Below are positions 39,631 to 49,503 of a stretch of 64,000 bases of DNA, piece by piece (the stretch's first letter is position 1; every line of letters starts with the position of its first letter). The position numbers were made by a program, and so were the translations under genes. Origin of the DNA: a bacterium (lineage in GTDB: Bacteria > BMS3Abin14); assembly GCA_029210545.1 (NCBI GenBank), contig JARGFV010000001.1:3500-67499 (forward strand), given 5' to 3'. The notes below the pieces were generated by a model, which was not told the origin of the DNA, ran no database searches, and was given only the letters and a program-made list of their open reading frames with translations.

Positions 39631-40209
39631 CTATTCGAGGCCATCAATCTTCCCTCTGATCACGGTCTCCAGGGTGGTGTTGCCCACCGTGAAGCGGTCT
39701 CCGGTTCCAAGCTTTACGGTCATGACCCTTTTTCCCTGGTAAAAGGTCCCGTTGGTGCTCCCAAGGTCCTCGATAACAAAACGGTCCCCGAAAACCCGGA
39801 CATGGCAATGCCGACGGGAGACTTCGGGATCGTTCAGGTTGATGTCGTTACCGGTCCGCCCCACCGTAACCCGGGGCGCCGTGAGAAGGAACTCTTCTCC
39901 CGTCTGGACATCCCTGAAAAGCGCTTCGTCCTCCCCCCGGATGAACGGGTCGGTTCCTGACACCTCTTCCAGAAGCGCTGACACTTCTGAGCCGCTCTGG
40001 TCGACCTCGGAGAAATCGTAAGCAATGGTCTGGCCGAAATCGGCACCAGACGACCTGGTCAGGGGAACCGAGGCACCCGGGCTGCTTCCCCTGGGAGGGA
40101 TAAGGATGACCTGGCCGCAGTTGGGGCAGTTCGCCCTTGCCCCCGAGGGGGGGATTTTCTCGTCGGCGATCCTGTAGCTCGTGTTACAGGTGGGGCATGT
40201 GAGTTTCAA
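39631..40209 (-). CDS. Zinc-ribbon (CPxC...CPxC) plus FHA domain protein
   Basis: N-terminal CPTCNTSYRI...CPNCGQV. C-terminal FHA motifs VTVGRTGNDINLNDPEVSRRHC...GSTNGTF. Confidence 0.75.
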   Translation of the reverse strand: MKLTCPTCNTSYRIADEKIPPSGARANCPNCGQVILIPPRGSSPGASVPLTRSSGADFGQTIAYDFSEVDQSGSEVSALLEEVSGTDPFIRGEDEALFRDVQTGEEFLLTAPRVTVGRTGNDINLNDPEVSRRHCHVRVFGDRFVIEDLGSTNGTFYQGKRVMTVKLGTGDRFTVGNTTLETVIRGKIDGLE

Positions 40210-40224
40210 ACGCGCCTCCCGCGA

Positions 40225-40315
40225 CAGTTAATGGTTTACAGTTTACTGTTCACCGTTGTTTTCTTTTAACAAACACGCTCTGACTGTAAACCGTATACCG
40301 TGAACTGTTAACTTG
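40225..40315. promoter_or_regulatory. TGTAAAC-type repeat cluster upstream of the zinc-ribbon/FHA gene
   Basis: ggtttacagtttactgttcaccg ... gactgtaaaccgtataccgtgaactgttaac, in the intergenic gap upstream of a minus-strand gene start. Confidence 0.4.
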
Positions 40316-40317
40316 AC

Positions 40318-43107
40318 TTACCTGTAAATCTCGGTAGTCGATTTCGTAAAAGTCCGGCCGTCGAACTTGTACACTCCTGCCTCGGTCCCGAACCACTTGT
40401 TGTCGGCAAGATCCAGGGCCACCACGTTGACCGTCACTTTGGGCATCCCCTGGGCATCCGAGAAACGGACCCACTTGCTGCCGTCGAACCGGGCCGTTCC
40501 CTGCCCAAGGGTCCCCACCCAGACGTTCCAGCGTCCATCCACAGCCACTGACAGGACATGGTCGGAGGGCAGGCCGTCAGCGGTAGTGAAAATCCGGGTC
40601 TTTTTCCCTTCCTGTCTCAGGAGACCGGCATCCGTCCCGATCCAGAACACGCCGTTGGCGTCCATCGTCATGGAGGTCACGTTGTTGCTGGGCAGCCCCT
40701 GCTGCATTGTCCGCACGGTGAACTTGCTTCGGTCATAAAGAGCCAGTCCCTTGTCCGTACCGAACCAGATGTTGTCGAGAGGGTCGACGTACACCGAATT
40801 GATCACATTGCTTGGAAGACCGTCACTGTAATCGTATGTCACCCAGTTGTTCTTCCCGTCGAACTGGGAAACTCCGCGGTCGGTTCCCAACCAGATGAAA
40901 CCGAGGCGATCAACCGCAAGCGCCTTGACCGTGTTACTTATGAGGCCCTTGGCGGAGGTGTAGTTCTTACGGCTTTTGCTTTCGATATCCACCCTGAAAA
41001 GCCCCTCCGTTCCGCCGACCCACAGGTAGTCACCCTGGATGACACTTGGGTGGATGAAAACGCCGTTGGAATTGTCCCGCCAGATCCCGCTGGAGAGCCG
41101 GTACGCTGCCGTTTTTACCTTCTCCCGATTTCCCGCCTTGTCCACAGCGAAATATTTCACCGTGATATCGTCGTTGAGAGAGAGGGGCTTTGTGTAGGCG
41201 GGTGCCTGGTCTGACGGCTGCGAACCGTCCAGGGTATAGCGAATCCTTGCGCCCTCCTCGGATTTCAACTCCAGGATAATGGGTGGGTTGTATTCCCCGG
41301 GAGCAGGAAATGGCAACGTAAACGGCGCTATCGTGTCGATGAAATATTCAGCGACCTGAGCCGGCTCCTTGTTCCCGGCGCTATCCACCGAATAATAGGA
41401 GAGCTTCTCCGTGCGGTCTACCACAAAAGGTCCCGCATAGGCTGTAAAATCGTTCACCCCGGCCCGGCGGACAAATATGGTGCCCTGCTTCTCCGAAACG
41501 AGGGTGACGCTCACCGGACGGTTGAAGTAACCGGGGTCCGGCTCGATGCGTGTGGAGGGCGGCGTCGTGTCGAAGCTGTACCGCTCGACCTGGATCTCCT
41601 CACGGTTGCCTGAATCGTCGGTCCCGTAGAACTTGAGGACCGTATCCTTTGTGATACGGACGGGACCCCGGTATCTCGGGGAAGCTTCTGTGGGTGAGAT
41701 CCCGTCTGTAGTGTACCGGATCACAGCACCCTCTTCACCGACAAGACTGACTGTGACCTCGCCCGAGAAAGTGCCTCCAGGCGGCTGTGCGGCGGTATCC
41801 GGCGGTGTGCTGTCCAGAACGTATTCCTGGCTCCGGGGCTGGCTCCGGTTACCGACCCTGTCCACTGCGAGATAGGTCAGAACTGTATTTTTCTCGATGG
41901 TTATCGGACCCTGGTAAGGGGACGACCTGTCGGAAGGAGTGGTGCCGTCAAGGGTGTAGAAGATCTCCGCCGGTTCAGACGCCTCTATCTTGACCCTGAT
42001 CCTGCCCGAATAGTCACCCCCCGGGGGACGGGGCTGGACGGTTGGGGGCTGCGTGTCGATGACATATTGGGCCGTCACAACGGGACTTCGGTTCCCGGCG
42101 GCATCCACGGCCATAAAAGAAACCACAGTATCCGCTGCCAGCCTGAGGGGGGACCGGTAAACAGGGGAGGACAGCGTGGCCTCCCGGCCATCCATCTCGT
42201 AATGGATCTGTCCCCTTTCGCTGGAGGTCAGTGTGACCACGGTCGGTTTTCCGAACGCTCCTGCCGGCGGCTTGGCAATCACAGTGGGAGGCTGGCTGTC
42301 AATGACGTAGTTCTCCTCGCGCACATCTTCCCGGTTGCCTGCCTCGTCGATGGCGAAGAACCGCAGGACACCGCTGCGGACGAACTGCAGCGGGCCGGAG
42401 TACCGCGGCGAACCTGTGGACGGCCTGCTGCCGTTGATGGTGAAGTGGATGGTAGTGCCCTCTTCGCCGGACAGGGACACCGTGACGGGAGAATTGAAAA
42501 GCCCACCTGACGGTTCCGCGAGGGTCACGGGCTTTGTGGAATCGAGGGTGATGAGGTACGTTTCCTTGCGGGCCTCTTCCCGGTTGCCCGCTTCGTCCGT
42601 AGCGAAGAAACGCAGGGTCGTGTCCCTTCTCATGGCTACGGGGGAAGTGTAAGTCGATGATCCGGGGCCGGGTTCGGTGCCGTCTGTCGTGTAGGAGATG
42701 ACGGCTCCCTCCTCGGACTTGAGCCGAACGGACACGGGGTGGAAGAACTTCCCTCCTGACGGCAGGGCCGTGGTCACAGGCGGTTCTGTGTCAAGGCGGA
42801 CGGCGTAACTGGCAGACTGGACAGTTGACCTGTTACCGAACCTGTCCTCGGCGAAATAGCCCACCCTTGTGTCCCGCTTGATCCGAACAGGGGAAAGGTA
42901 TGGCATGGGCTGCCCATCATCCAGTGCGATGAAGACCGATGCTCCCGGTTCACTGGACAAGACGACGGATATGACCTCGTGGTACTTTCCCGGAACGGGC
43001 TGGATCTGGACCTGGGGAGGAGTCCGATCGATGGGCCAGAGCCAGGCCAGAACTGCCAGGAGAGCAAACAGAATGGCCAGAGACAGGTAACTTTTGCCTT
43101 TCATCAA
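40318..43107 (-). CDS. Secreted 929-aa protein: about ten chitobiase/beta-hexosaminidase C-terminal-like (CHB_HEX_C-type) modules plus a C-terminal Reg_prop-like beta-propeller
   Basis: Signal peptide. Repeated ~80-aa units (P.GG.Y..P..V.L.SEEGA.I.YT.DG..P...S..Y..P....DT.L.F.A.D.AGN.E). C-terminal WxGT/Y_Y_Y-like repeats. Confidence 0.65.
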   Translation of the reverse strand: MMKGKSYLSLAILFALLAVLAWLWPIDRTPPQVQIQPVPGKYHEVISVVLSSEPGASVFIALDDGQPMPYLSPVRIKRDTRVGYFAEDRFGNRSTVQSASYAVRLDTEPPVTTALPSGGKFFHPVSVRLKSEEGAVISYTTDGTEPGPGSSTYTSPVAMRRDTTLRFFATDEAGNREEARKETYLITLDSTKPVTLAEPSGGLFNSPVTVSLSGEEGTTIHFTINGSRPSTGSPRYSGPLQFVRSGVLRFFAIDEAGNREDVREENYVIDSQPPTVIAKPPAGAFGKPTVVTLTSSERGQIHYEMDGREATLSSPVYRSPLRLAADTVVSFMAVDAAGNRSPVVTAQYVIDTQPPTVQPRPPGGDYSGRIRVKIEASEPAEIFYTLDGTTPSDRSSPYQGPITIEKNTVLTYLAVDRVGNRSQPRSQEYVLDSTPPDTAAQPPGGTFSGEVTVSLVGEEGAVIRYTTDGISPTEASPRYRGPVRITKDTVLKFYGTDDSGNREEIQVERYSFDTTPPSTRIEPDPGYFNRPVSVTLVSEKQGTIFVRRAGVNDFTAYAGPFVVDRTEKLSYYSVDSAGNKEPAQVAEYFIDTIAPFTLPFPAPGEYNPPIILELKSEEGARIRYTLDGSQPSDQAPAYTKPLSLNDDITVKYFAVDKAGNREKVKTAAYRLSSGIWRDNSNGVFIHPSVIQGDYLWVGGTEGLFRVDIESKSRKNYTSAKGLISNTVKALAVDRLGFIWLGTDRGVSQFDGKNNWVTYDYSDGLPSNVINSVYVDPLDNIWFGTDKGLALYDRSKFTVRTMQQGLPSNNVTSMTMDANGVFWIGTDAGLLRQEGKKTRIFTTADGLPSDHVLSVAVDGRWNVWVGTLGQGTARFDGSKWVRFSDAQGMPKVTVNVVALDLADNKWFGTEAGVYKFDGRTFTKSTTEIYR

Positions 43108-44129
43108 GCCTCCCTTTCAGGTGGTCCGTCATAATAGTAACGGCCGTACTTGACGTAACCCGACACGTTTCCCAGTCGGGGATCATCCTGTGTCTTGAGG
43201 AGCGCCAGTTCTCCGCGGATCAGGGGCTGAAGATATTCGAAGAGGGCCTCTCCCCCTCCGCCGGCGAGAAGGACCACATCCAGGTCCCAGTCATCGACCC
43301 AGATCCTCTCCATGTCGCTCACAACGGCCGTCGCCAGCCTGCCGAACACCTCGTTCTTGACCTTGGTCAGGTCGTATTCGGCCCCCCTGATCTTGATACT
43401 TCCCTCCCGGACAGCGTCGTATAGCCGGTAGATCTCAACGTTCACACCGCTCATCTCGTTGAGAGCCTCGGAGATGAACTGGAACCCCTTGGAGATGCCG
43501 GTATCGGTTGTCCGGCTGCCCCTCTCGGAGTGCCTGAGCCCCTTGCATACGGTAAAATCGGTTGTTTTGAACCCGATATCGACGACCCCTATCTTCTGCC
43601 GGGCCATGTCCGGTCTCAGGAGGGTACCGTCCTCACGGAAAAGGTAGTCGACGAGGCTGCCATAAGGCTGGGGGATCACCTTCACGCGGTTGACGGACAG
43701 TGCCATCTCCCGGCTTTCAGAGCCGTTGTGAACCTTCAGTTCATGTTCACCGGAAAGGGCAGCCGTCAGCTTGTCCTTGTACTCCATGTAGTAGCCCACG
43801 GGAAGGCCGGTCACGACGTTAACCGGGACCCTGCTCGGGGCGATCTTGGCCAGCCCGGCCAGAGCGAGGGTCTTGAACTGCTGGGTGACCATCTGTGCCT
43901 GATCGAGGGTGAACTGCCGGACCCGGGACTCCGACTCGGCAAGATCCCCCACGAAAAAAGAGCGGTCCCCCAGGCTCATGTGCAGGCCGGAAACACCTTC
44001 CCCCGAAAAAAAGTTCTCGTCCATGGACCTCGGCTGAGGCTCACCTATTATCGACTTGAACAAGACGGTAGTCTCACCGTCCGTGGCCTTGGTGAAACCG
44101 AAACCGACGTCAATTCCTACCATCAGCAT
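43104..44129 (-). CDS. Actin-fold ATPase of the ParM/StbA-like family
   Basis: Phosphate-1 MVGIDVGFGFTKA, phosphate-2 VVDIGFKTTDF, adenosine motif LLAGGGGEAL. Start at M18 of the ORF. Confidence 0.55.
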   Translation of the reverse strand: MLMVGIDVGFGFTKATDGETTVLFKSIIGEPQPRSMDENFFSGEGVSGLHMSLGDRSFFVGDLAESESRVRQFTLDQAQMVTQQFKTLALAGLAKIAPSRVPVNVVTGLPVGYYMEYKDKLTAALSGEHELKVHNGSESREMALSVNRVKVIPQPYGSLVDYLFREDGTLLRPDMARQKIGVVDIGFKTTDFTVCKGLRHSERGSRTTDTGISKGFQFISEALNEMSGVNVEIYRLYDAVREGSIKIRGAEYDLTKVKNEVFGRLATAVVSDMERIWVDDWDLDVVLLAGGGGEALFEYLQPLIRGELALLKTQDDPRLGNVSGYVKYGRYYYDGPPEREA

Positions 44130-45981
44130 AAGTGCCCTCCCCGGATCCGGCGCTGCGAACCGTGTCCATGACATCGTCACTGATCCTGTACTGCTGCTGG
44201 AATTCCCTCTCCAGTTCCTCGATCCTCATCATGTCGATGCCGCTGCTGTCGATGAACTCGTCCCTGGCTGACGCGTCCCTGGACTTGATCGCCCGGGGAA
44301 GGACCGAACCGAAATAGATCCGCTCCGTCTTCAGGTCCTCGAGGGTCTGGCGGAAGAAGATCTCCGGAACATCCGGCCTCACCAGTCCCCTCGAGACAAG
44401 CATCTTGCGGACATCCGCGATAAAGGAAGTTTCCTCCTCGAATCCCTTGAGAGAACGTCCGAACTTCTTCAGCCACCTGTCCATTGCGGTCTTGACGATC
44501 CTGTATTCACGTTCCTCGCGAACAAGGTCCTCCATGAAGATGGTGACATCCTGGAGGGAACGGTCGCCTGTTTCAATGCTGGAGACCCCCTCGAATAGAA
44601 ATTCGACCTTTTTCCGCCCGTACTGCGGGAGGTAGAGGTTCTTCATGACCGGAACGATGAAAAGATCATGAAAAAGGTTTTCCTGGACCTCGTCGAAGAT
44701 TTTTTTATTCAGGAGAAGGCTGCGCAGCTTGTCTTCCGGCAGTTTCTCCTCTTCGTGGAACGCGAGCCGGTTCACGGTATGATAGACGTTGTCGAAACGG
44801 TCGAAGAAAGTGACGATGTTACCGAACTCCTCCAGGCTGTCGGTGCTGCCCGTCTCCATGCTGAGTTCGTCGCACTCCTTTCCCACCTCGATGAGGATGC
44901 GGTCAAAAGCCGACTCCCGCTGTTCAAGAGCAAGGAGCTTGGACTTGAGGAGCTTGAGGAGATCCTCTTTTTCAATGCGCTCACCAACCTGCCTGGCCTG
45001 GATAAGGATCGCTTCCAGAACCGCGCGGACCTCCACGAGGTAAGCCGGTTCGTCAACAGCGAGGATCTCGCGGTCGCCGATGAGCTTTTCATCCAGGGAG
45101 TTGAGCAGGTTGACGGGGATCCCCTTTCGAAGCGCCACCGTCCTGATCCGCGAGATGCGGGCGCGGTCGTCAAAGAGAACCTCGTCCCTGCCCCTGATCT
45201 GGACGAGGACCGAACGGTACTCCTCAACCACCTGCCTGTTTCCCGGGGACCTGTACATGACGTCGATCTTCATCCGTTCCTGGGAATAGGGATCGATAGC
45301 CAGGCTGGCGGCCAGGTCTTCCAGGGCGGCAGTCTCCTCATCGCCTATGGTCTGTGACGCCGCGTACAGATCCTCGATCTTGCGGTAAAAAAGCAGGTGG
45401 GAACGGTTGACGAACTTCATGAGGAAGAAAACCGATGCCAGCTTTGACCAGTGTGTCCTGAGTTCGTCAACGATCCGGGAGTCATCCTCATCCTTGTTAA
45501 GGGGAAACCGCTTCAACGAACGCCCGAGAATGCGGAGGATCTCTTCCTGCTGTTTTTTCAGGGGGGCCGGGGAAAGGAACTGGACGAAGAAGTAATAATT
45601 GAAGACCGCATGACCGCGCAGGAATATATGCCGGTAATCGACCCGGGCCGTGGTGTCGTCGGAAAAGATGATCTTTCCGGGATCATCGTGCCGCACGCCG
45701 AAAACCACCAGACGGTTGATCACATCCTGCTTGACCAGATCTTCAATGGGCTCATCCACACCGAACATGTAGGGGCAAAAGGTCCCTCCATTGCCCGTAT
45801 GGACAAGGGTCTCCGGACCGAGAAGGAACTCGTTGCCGCCAAGGAAAAACCTGTGGTGGGCCACGCCTTCTCTCTCCACCAGTTCGTGGAAATAGCGGCC
45901 GTCCAACCCTTCGCCGGACAAGGTCGCGAAGAACTCCTTGTCGCCGCCCACTTCGCCGTGGATCCTGAGATCTTTTATCAT
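44110..45981 (-). CDS. Large hypothetical protein (~624 aa), not assigned to a family
   Basis: Long ORF co-directional with the ParM-like gene and overlapping it by ~20 nt. No recognised motifs. Confidence 0.45.
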   Translation of the reverse strand: MIKDLRIHGEVGGDKEFFATLSGEGLDGRYFHELVEREGVAHHRFFLGGNEFLLGPETLVHTGNGGTFCPYMFGVDEPIEDLVKQDVINRLVVFGVRHDDPGKIIFSDDTTARVDYRHIFLRGHAVFNYYFFVQFLSPAPLKKQQEEILRILGRSLKRFPLNKDEDDSRIVDELRTHWSKLASVFFLMKFVNRSHLLFYRKIEDLYAASQTIGDEETAALEDLAASLAIDPYSQERMKIDVMYRSPGNRQVVEEYRSVLVQIRGRDEVLFDDRARISRIRTVALRKGIPVNLLNSLDEKLIGDREILAVDEPAYLVEVRAVLEAILIQARQVGERIEKEDLLKLLKSKLLALEQRESAFDRILIEVGKECDELSMETGSTDSLEEFGNIVTFFDRFDNVYHTVNRLAFHEEEKLPEDKLRSLLLNKKIFDEVQENLFHDLFIVPVMKNLYLPQYGRKKVEFLFEGVSSIETGDRSLQDVTIFMEDLVREEREYRIVKTAMDRWLKKFGRSLKGFEEETSFIADVRKMLVSRGLVRPDVPEIFFRQTLEDLKTERIYFGSVLPRAIKSRDASARDEFIDSSGIDMMRIEELEREFQQQYRISDDVMDTVRSAGSGEGTYADGRN

Positions 45982-46346
45982 GGGTTCAGATCCATGTTGT
46001 TTACGGGATTCAAGACCATTCGCACCCGAGCCAGACCTCATTTCATTGAGCACCAGTGGCCGGAACAGTCAAATTCCGACCTCCTTCGACAGGCCCGGGG
46101 GTCGTTTCCAGCCTCCACCTGATCGGCTGCATTCAAGTGGCTATTAGAGAACCTCGTAAAAGCCTCTTCGAGCCATTTTACGAGCCCATAAAACTTTTCT
46201 GATGTTATATCATTTTCGGGTGGAAGTCTTGAGGTTAAATCCCGCCCGGATGGTTGCCGCACTTGACATGGCACCGGTTCATGATAGTAATATCTCCACC
46301 CGTTTGCCGCAGGGGAAAATGCACATAACGTGGAAAGGCTGCCCTT

Positions 46347-46733
46347 ATGCTCGACCGGCCCCAAAAAAAGATCCTCGTCATCGAGGATGACCCTGATATC
46401 AGGAGCCTGACAGGATTCATTCTCCGGGACGACTACGAGGTGATCTCCAGCGAGGACGGGCGCAAGGGGATGGAAAAGGCCAGGGAGGAAAGGCCTGACC
46501 TTGTTCTCCTGGACATCTACATGGCCGGGTTATCCGGGTTCGAGGTTTGCCGTATGCTCAAGGAGGAACCGGAAACGGCCTCGATCCCGGTCATCATGCT
46601 GACCGCCGGGGCACAGAAAGATGAGGTGTCGGAAGGGTACGCCTCGGGAGCCGACGATTACATCATCAAACCTTTTGAACCGGGAGAGCTGATTGAAAGG
46701 ATCGAAAAACTACTTTTGAGATCCAGGATCTAA
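46347..46733 (+). CDS. Stand-alone CheY-like response regulator receiver
   Basis: ILVIEDD, DLVLLDIYMAG, TAGAQK: Asp pocket, phospho-Asp, and Thr/Lys. Confidence 0.85.
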   Translation: MLDRPQKKILVIEDDPDIRSLTGFILRDDYEVISSEDGRKGMEKAREERPDLVLLDIYMAGLSGFEVCRMLKEEPETASIPVIMLTAGAQKDEVSEGYASGADDYIIKPFEPGELIERIEKLLLRSRI

Positions 46734-46819
46734 AATCCAGGATCCGGAAGACCACTCCCCACAAAATCAAAGACATACCTATCCAGACTGATCCCATGGG
46801 ATGCCCTGGATCTTGGATC

Positions 46820-47686
46820 TTAGATCCTGGGCCTTGGATGGGAACTTTCCGCTATCAGGAAAACAAGATCACGAACCACCTTTGCCGCCACCGCCCCCGA
46901 CGGACCCCCCATCCCCGCCAGCGGACAGTATTCCACCACGTCAGCGCCAACGATCCTGGCACCCCTCAGGGGCATCAGGGCATCGCGCAGCTGAGGATAG
47001 CTCAGACCGCCGGGCTCAGGTGTCCCGGTTTCGGCCATGACAGAAGGATCCAGGACGTCAAGGTCCACGCTGAGGTAAACAGGCCGCTGACCGACGATTC
47101 CGGCAAGGTCACCGGCATCGGCGAGAAGCATTCCGTGCTTCCTGGAAAAAAACCATTCTTCCCTGGTTCCGGACCGGATACCGTACTGACAAAGGCCCCC
47201 CGGTCCCACCAGGTCGAACACTCTCCTCATGACAGTGGCATGGGAGTGCTTCCGCCCTTCGTAATCGTTCCTGAGGTCCATGTGCGCATCCATCTGGATA
47301 ACCACGAGGTCAGGACAGGTTGCGAGACACCCCTCCACCGCCGGAAGGGTAACGAGGTGTTCACCCCCCATAAGGAGAGGGGATTGCCCGGCGGCCACAG
47401 CCGCACCTACAGTTTTTCTGACACATTCCGAAACCGCGGTCCAGGCGGATGCGGGAGCGACAATGTCCCCGGCATCCGCCAGGCTTAACTCCTCCAGGTC
47501 GGCATCGAACACGGGGCAGTAGCTCTCCAGGACAGCAGACCACATCCTGATGGCCCCCGGGGCAAACCTGGCTCCCGGACGGAAGGAGGCCGTCTGGTCG
47601 AAAGGCACACCCATGAGAACGATATGAGAGCTGTCCACAGCCCCGTCGGCGGACAGGTAACCGGAAAGGCCCGTACGCAATGTCAT
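46820..47686 (-). CDS. speB: Agmatinase (ureohydrolase family)
   Basis: Mn-binding motifs DAHMDLR, SVDLDVLDP, and GGLS. Confidence 0.85.
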   Translation of the reverse strand: MTLRTGLSGYLSADGAVDSSHIVLMGVPFDQTASFRPGARFAPGAIRMWSAVLESYCPVFDADLEELSLADAGDIVAPASAWTAVSECVRKTVGAAVAAGQSPLLMGGEHLVTLPAVEGCLATCPDLVVIQMDAHMDLRNDYEGRKHSHATVMRRVFDLVGPGGLCQYGIRSGTREEWFFSRKHGMLLADAGDLAGIVGQRPVYLSVDLDVLDPSVMAETGTPEPGGLSYPQLRDALMPLRGARIVGADVVEYCPLAGMGGPSGAVAAKVVRDLVFLIAESSHPRPRI

Positions 47687-48528
47687 TTCCCGGAAATCTC
47701 CTTCCCGAGAGCATCCAGGACGAACCTCGGGAGGGCGAAACTCGCCAGATGGATATCCCCGTTGTAGTACCTGGTCAGGATCTCTTTCCTGCCGCGGTAG
47801 ACCGGGAGTGAATCCTCACCTTTCGCTCCCATGAGAAAACTCCAGGTCCCTCCAGGATAGGTGGTCACCGATGCCAGATAGAAGCCGGATACCGGATAGA
47901 CCCCCCTGATCCGTTCATGAACGTCGACCATGAACGGCAGGTGATAAAAAGGCGATTCGGACTGGGAGACAAAAACGCCTCCCGGGCCGACAGCCTGCTC
48001 ACAGCTTCGGAAAAACCCCTCCGTGAACAGGGCTTCGGCAGGACCCACCGGGTCCGTGGAATCTATCAGGATAACATCGTAGCTTCCCGGCGGCGCCTCG
48101 GCCACGAAACGGACACCGTCATCGTAGACGATCCTCGTCCGGGGATCGCCAAGACCCGCGCTGATATCGGGCAGGTATTCGAGGGCCGCTTCGACCACCA
48201 TCCGGTCGATCTCGACCAGGGTGACCTCTTCCACTTCCGGGTGTTTCAACACCTCGCGAACCGTTCCGCCATCGCCGCCGCCAATGATGAGGACCCGCCT
48301 GGGATCCCGGTGGGTGTTGAGGGGGATGTGAGCCAGCATCTCGTGGTAGACGAACTCGTCACGTTCGGTGAGCATGACCAGACCGTCCAGAAGCATCATC
48401 CTTCCGAACTCGTGTGTATCCAGGATGTCCAGGGTCTGGTACTCGCTTGCCCCGTGGTAGAGAGTCTTTTTGACCTCCATGGTGATCCCGGAATGGGGGG
48501 TATGCTTTTCCGTATACCAGATACTCAC
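47683..48528 (-). CDS. speE: Spermidine synthase
   Basis: [10 protein letters not shown] and the canonical N-terminal region MSIWYTE...YHE. Confidence 0.9.
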   Translation of the reverse strand: MSIWYTEKHTPHSGITMEVKKTLYHGASEYQTLDILDTHEFGRMMLLDGLVMLTERDEFVYHEMLAHIPLNTHRDPRRVLIIGGGDGGTVREVLKHPEVEEVTLVEIDRMVVEAALEYLPDISAGLGDPRTRIVYDDGVRFVAEAPPGSYDVILIDSTDPVGPAEALFTEGFFRSCEQAVGPGGVFVSQSESPFYHLPFMVDVHERIRGVYPVSGFYLASVTTYPGGTWSFLMGAKGEDSLPVYRGRKEILTRYYNGDIHLASFALPRFVLDALGKEISGK

Positions 48529-49007
48529 TTGAGCCTCTCCGAACTCCAGAGCACGACCGCCGCAAAGACCGCACCGGTATTTTCCACGTGATGGGATGCA
48601 GCGGCACTCTCGATATGCTTGACCTCAAGCCCTCTCATTTTCAGGCCTTCTGACGCCATGTCGCGACAAATCTGTTCGATCTCTTCAGACGGACCTGTAG
48701 CGCTGTACTCCATGATAAGACCGGGCATAGCCGGATCCGACGGAAAGGCGGCAGCCACGGCGGCAGAGATCGTCTGCCCCCTGATACTGCTGCCCATGGA
48801 GGCGTAGGCGACCGGGACCAGGGCACCAAGGGGCAGGGAAACCGGTTCGATGCGCTCGGCTCCCGGCGGCACGATACTGCTCATCTTGACCAGGTTGGTG
48901 TTGCCGATCCCGGAGGCGAGCAGGGCTCCGTCGAAAGCGTTGAGGGGCATGGTCCCTTCCGACGAGCCGCTGGCGAAGAAATAAACATCAGGGGTCCTGG
49001 TGATCAT
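48525..49007 (-). CDS. pdaD: Pyruvoyl-dependent arginine decarboxylase
   Basis: ~160 aa. [37 protein letters not shown] matches the PdaD self-cleavage region. Confidence 0.7.
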   Translation of the reverse strand: MITRTPDVYFFASGSSEGTMPLNAFDGALLASGIGNTNLVKMSSIVPPGAERIEPVSLPLGALVPVAYASMGSSIRGQTISAAVAAAFPSDPAMPGLIMEYSATGPSEEIEQICRDMASEGLKMRGLEVKHIESAAASHHVENTGAVFAAVVLWSSERLK

Positions 49008-49049
49008 GCGGACTCCTCCCGGGTTGTTTGTGATGAACAGGAAAGCAGG

Positions 49050-49451
49050 TTAAAGGATGGCCCCCAGGCTGCCGGGAGGTTTGTGACAGGCATTCTCACC
49101 CAGAACGCGCAGTTCGCCTCGCGGGATCTCCCTGCACTCTGAATCTCCCGCCTTGAACACCTCCGCAAGGTGGTCGTGAGCGACCCAAGGGTCCACCTTT
49201 TCTCCGCAGGTGAAAAGGTCCACCGCCGCGTAACTGTATTCCGGCCAGGTGTGGATAGCCAGGTGGGACTCGGCTATGACCACGACACCGCTGATCCCGT
49301 GTGGGGCAAACCTTCTGAACACCGCGTCCACGATAGTGGATCCCGCCTTCACGGCAGCCTCTTTCATGGACCGCTCGACGAGATGAAGGTCATTCAGGAC
49401 TTCGGCGTCGCAGTTGTAGAACTCGACGAGAAGGTGCTTTCCCAATGCTTT
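49050..49451 (-). CDS. speH: S-adenosylmethionine decarboxylase proenzyme (class 1A)
   Basis: [16 protein letters not shown] ... [21 protein letters not shown] upstream of ATG 49451. Confidence 0.85.
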   Translation of the reverse strand, partial: KALGKHLLVEFYNCDAEVLNDLHLVERSMKEAAVKAGSTIVDAVFRRFAPHGISGVVVIAESHLAIHTWPEYSYAAVDLFTCGEKVDPWVAHDHLAEVFKAGDSECREIPRGELRVLGENACHKPPGSLGAIL

Positions 49452-49467
49452 CATGATCTGTCTCCTC

Positions 49468-49501
49468 CAGCAGCGTGTCGGGGCACTTCGACACGCTGCG
49501 G
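49468..49501. repeat. Solo hairpin matching the family-2 MITE right end, between the regulator and speH
   Basis: CAGCAGCGTGTCGGGGCACTTCGACACGCTGCGG. Confidence 0.5.
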
Positions 49502-49503
49502 AA

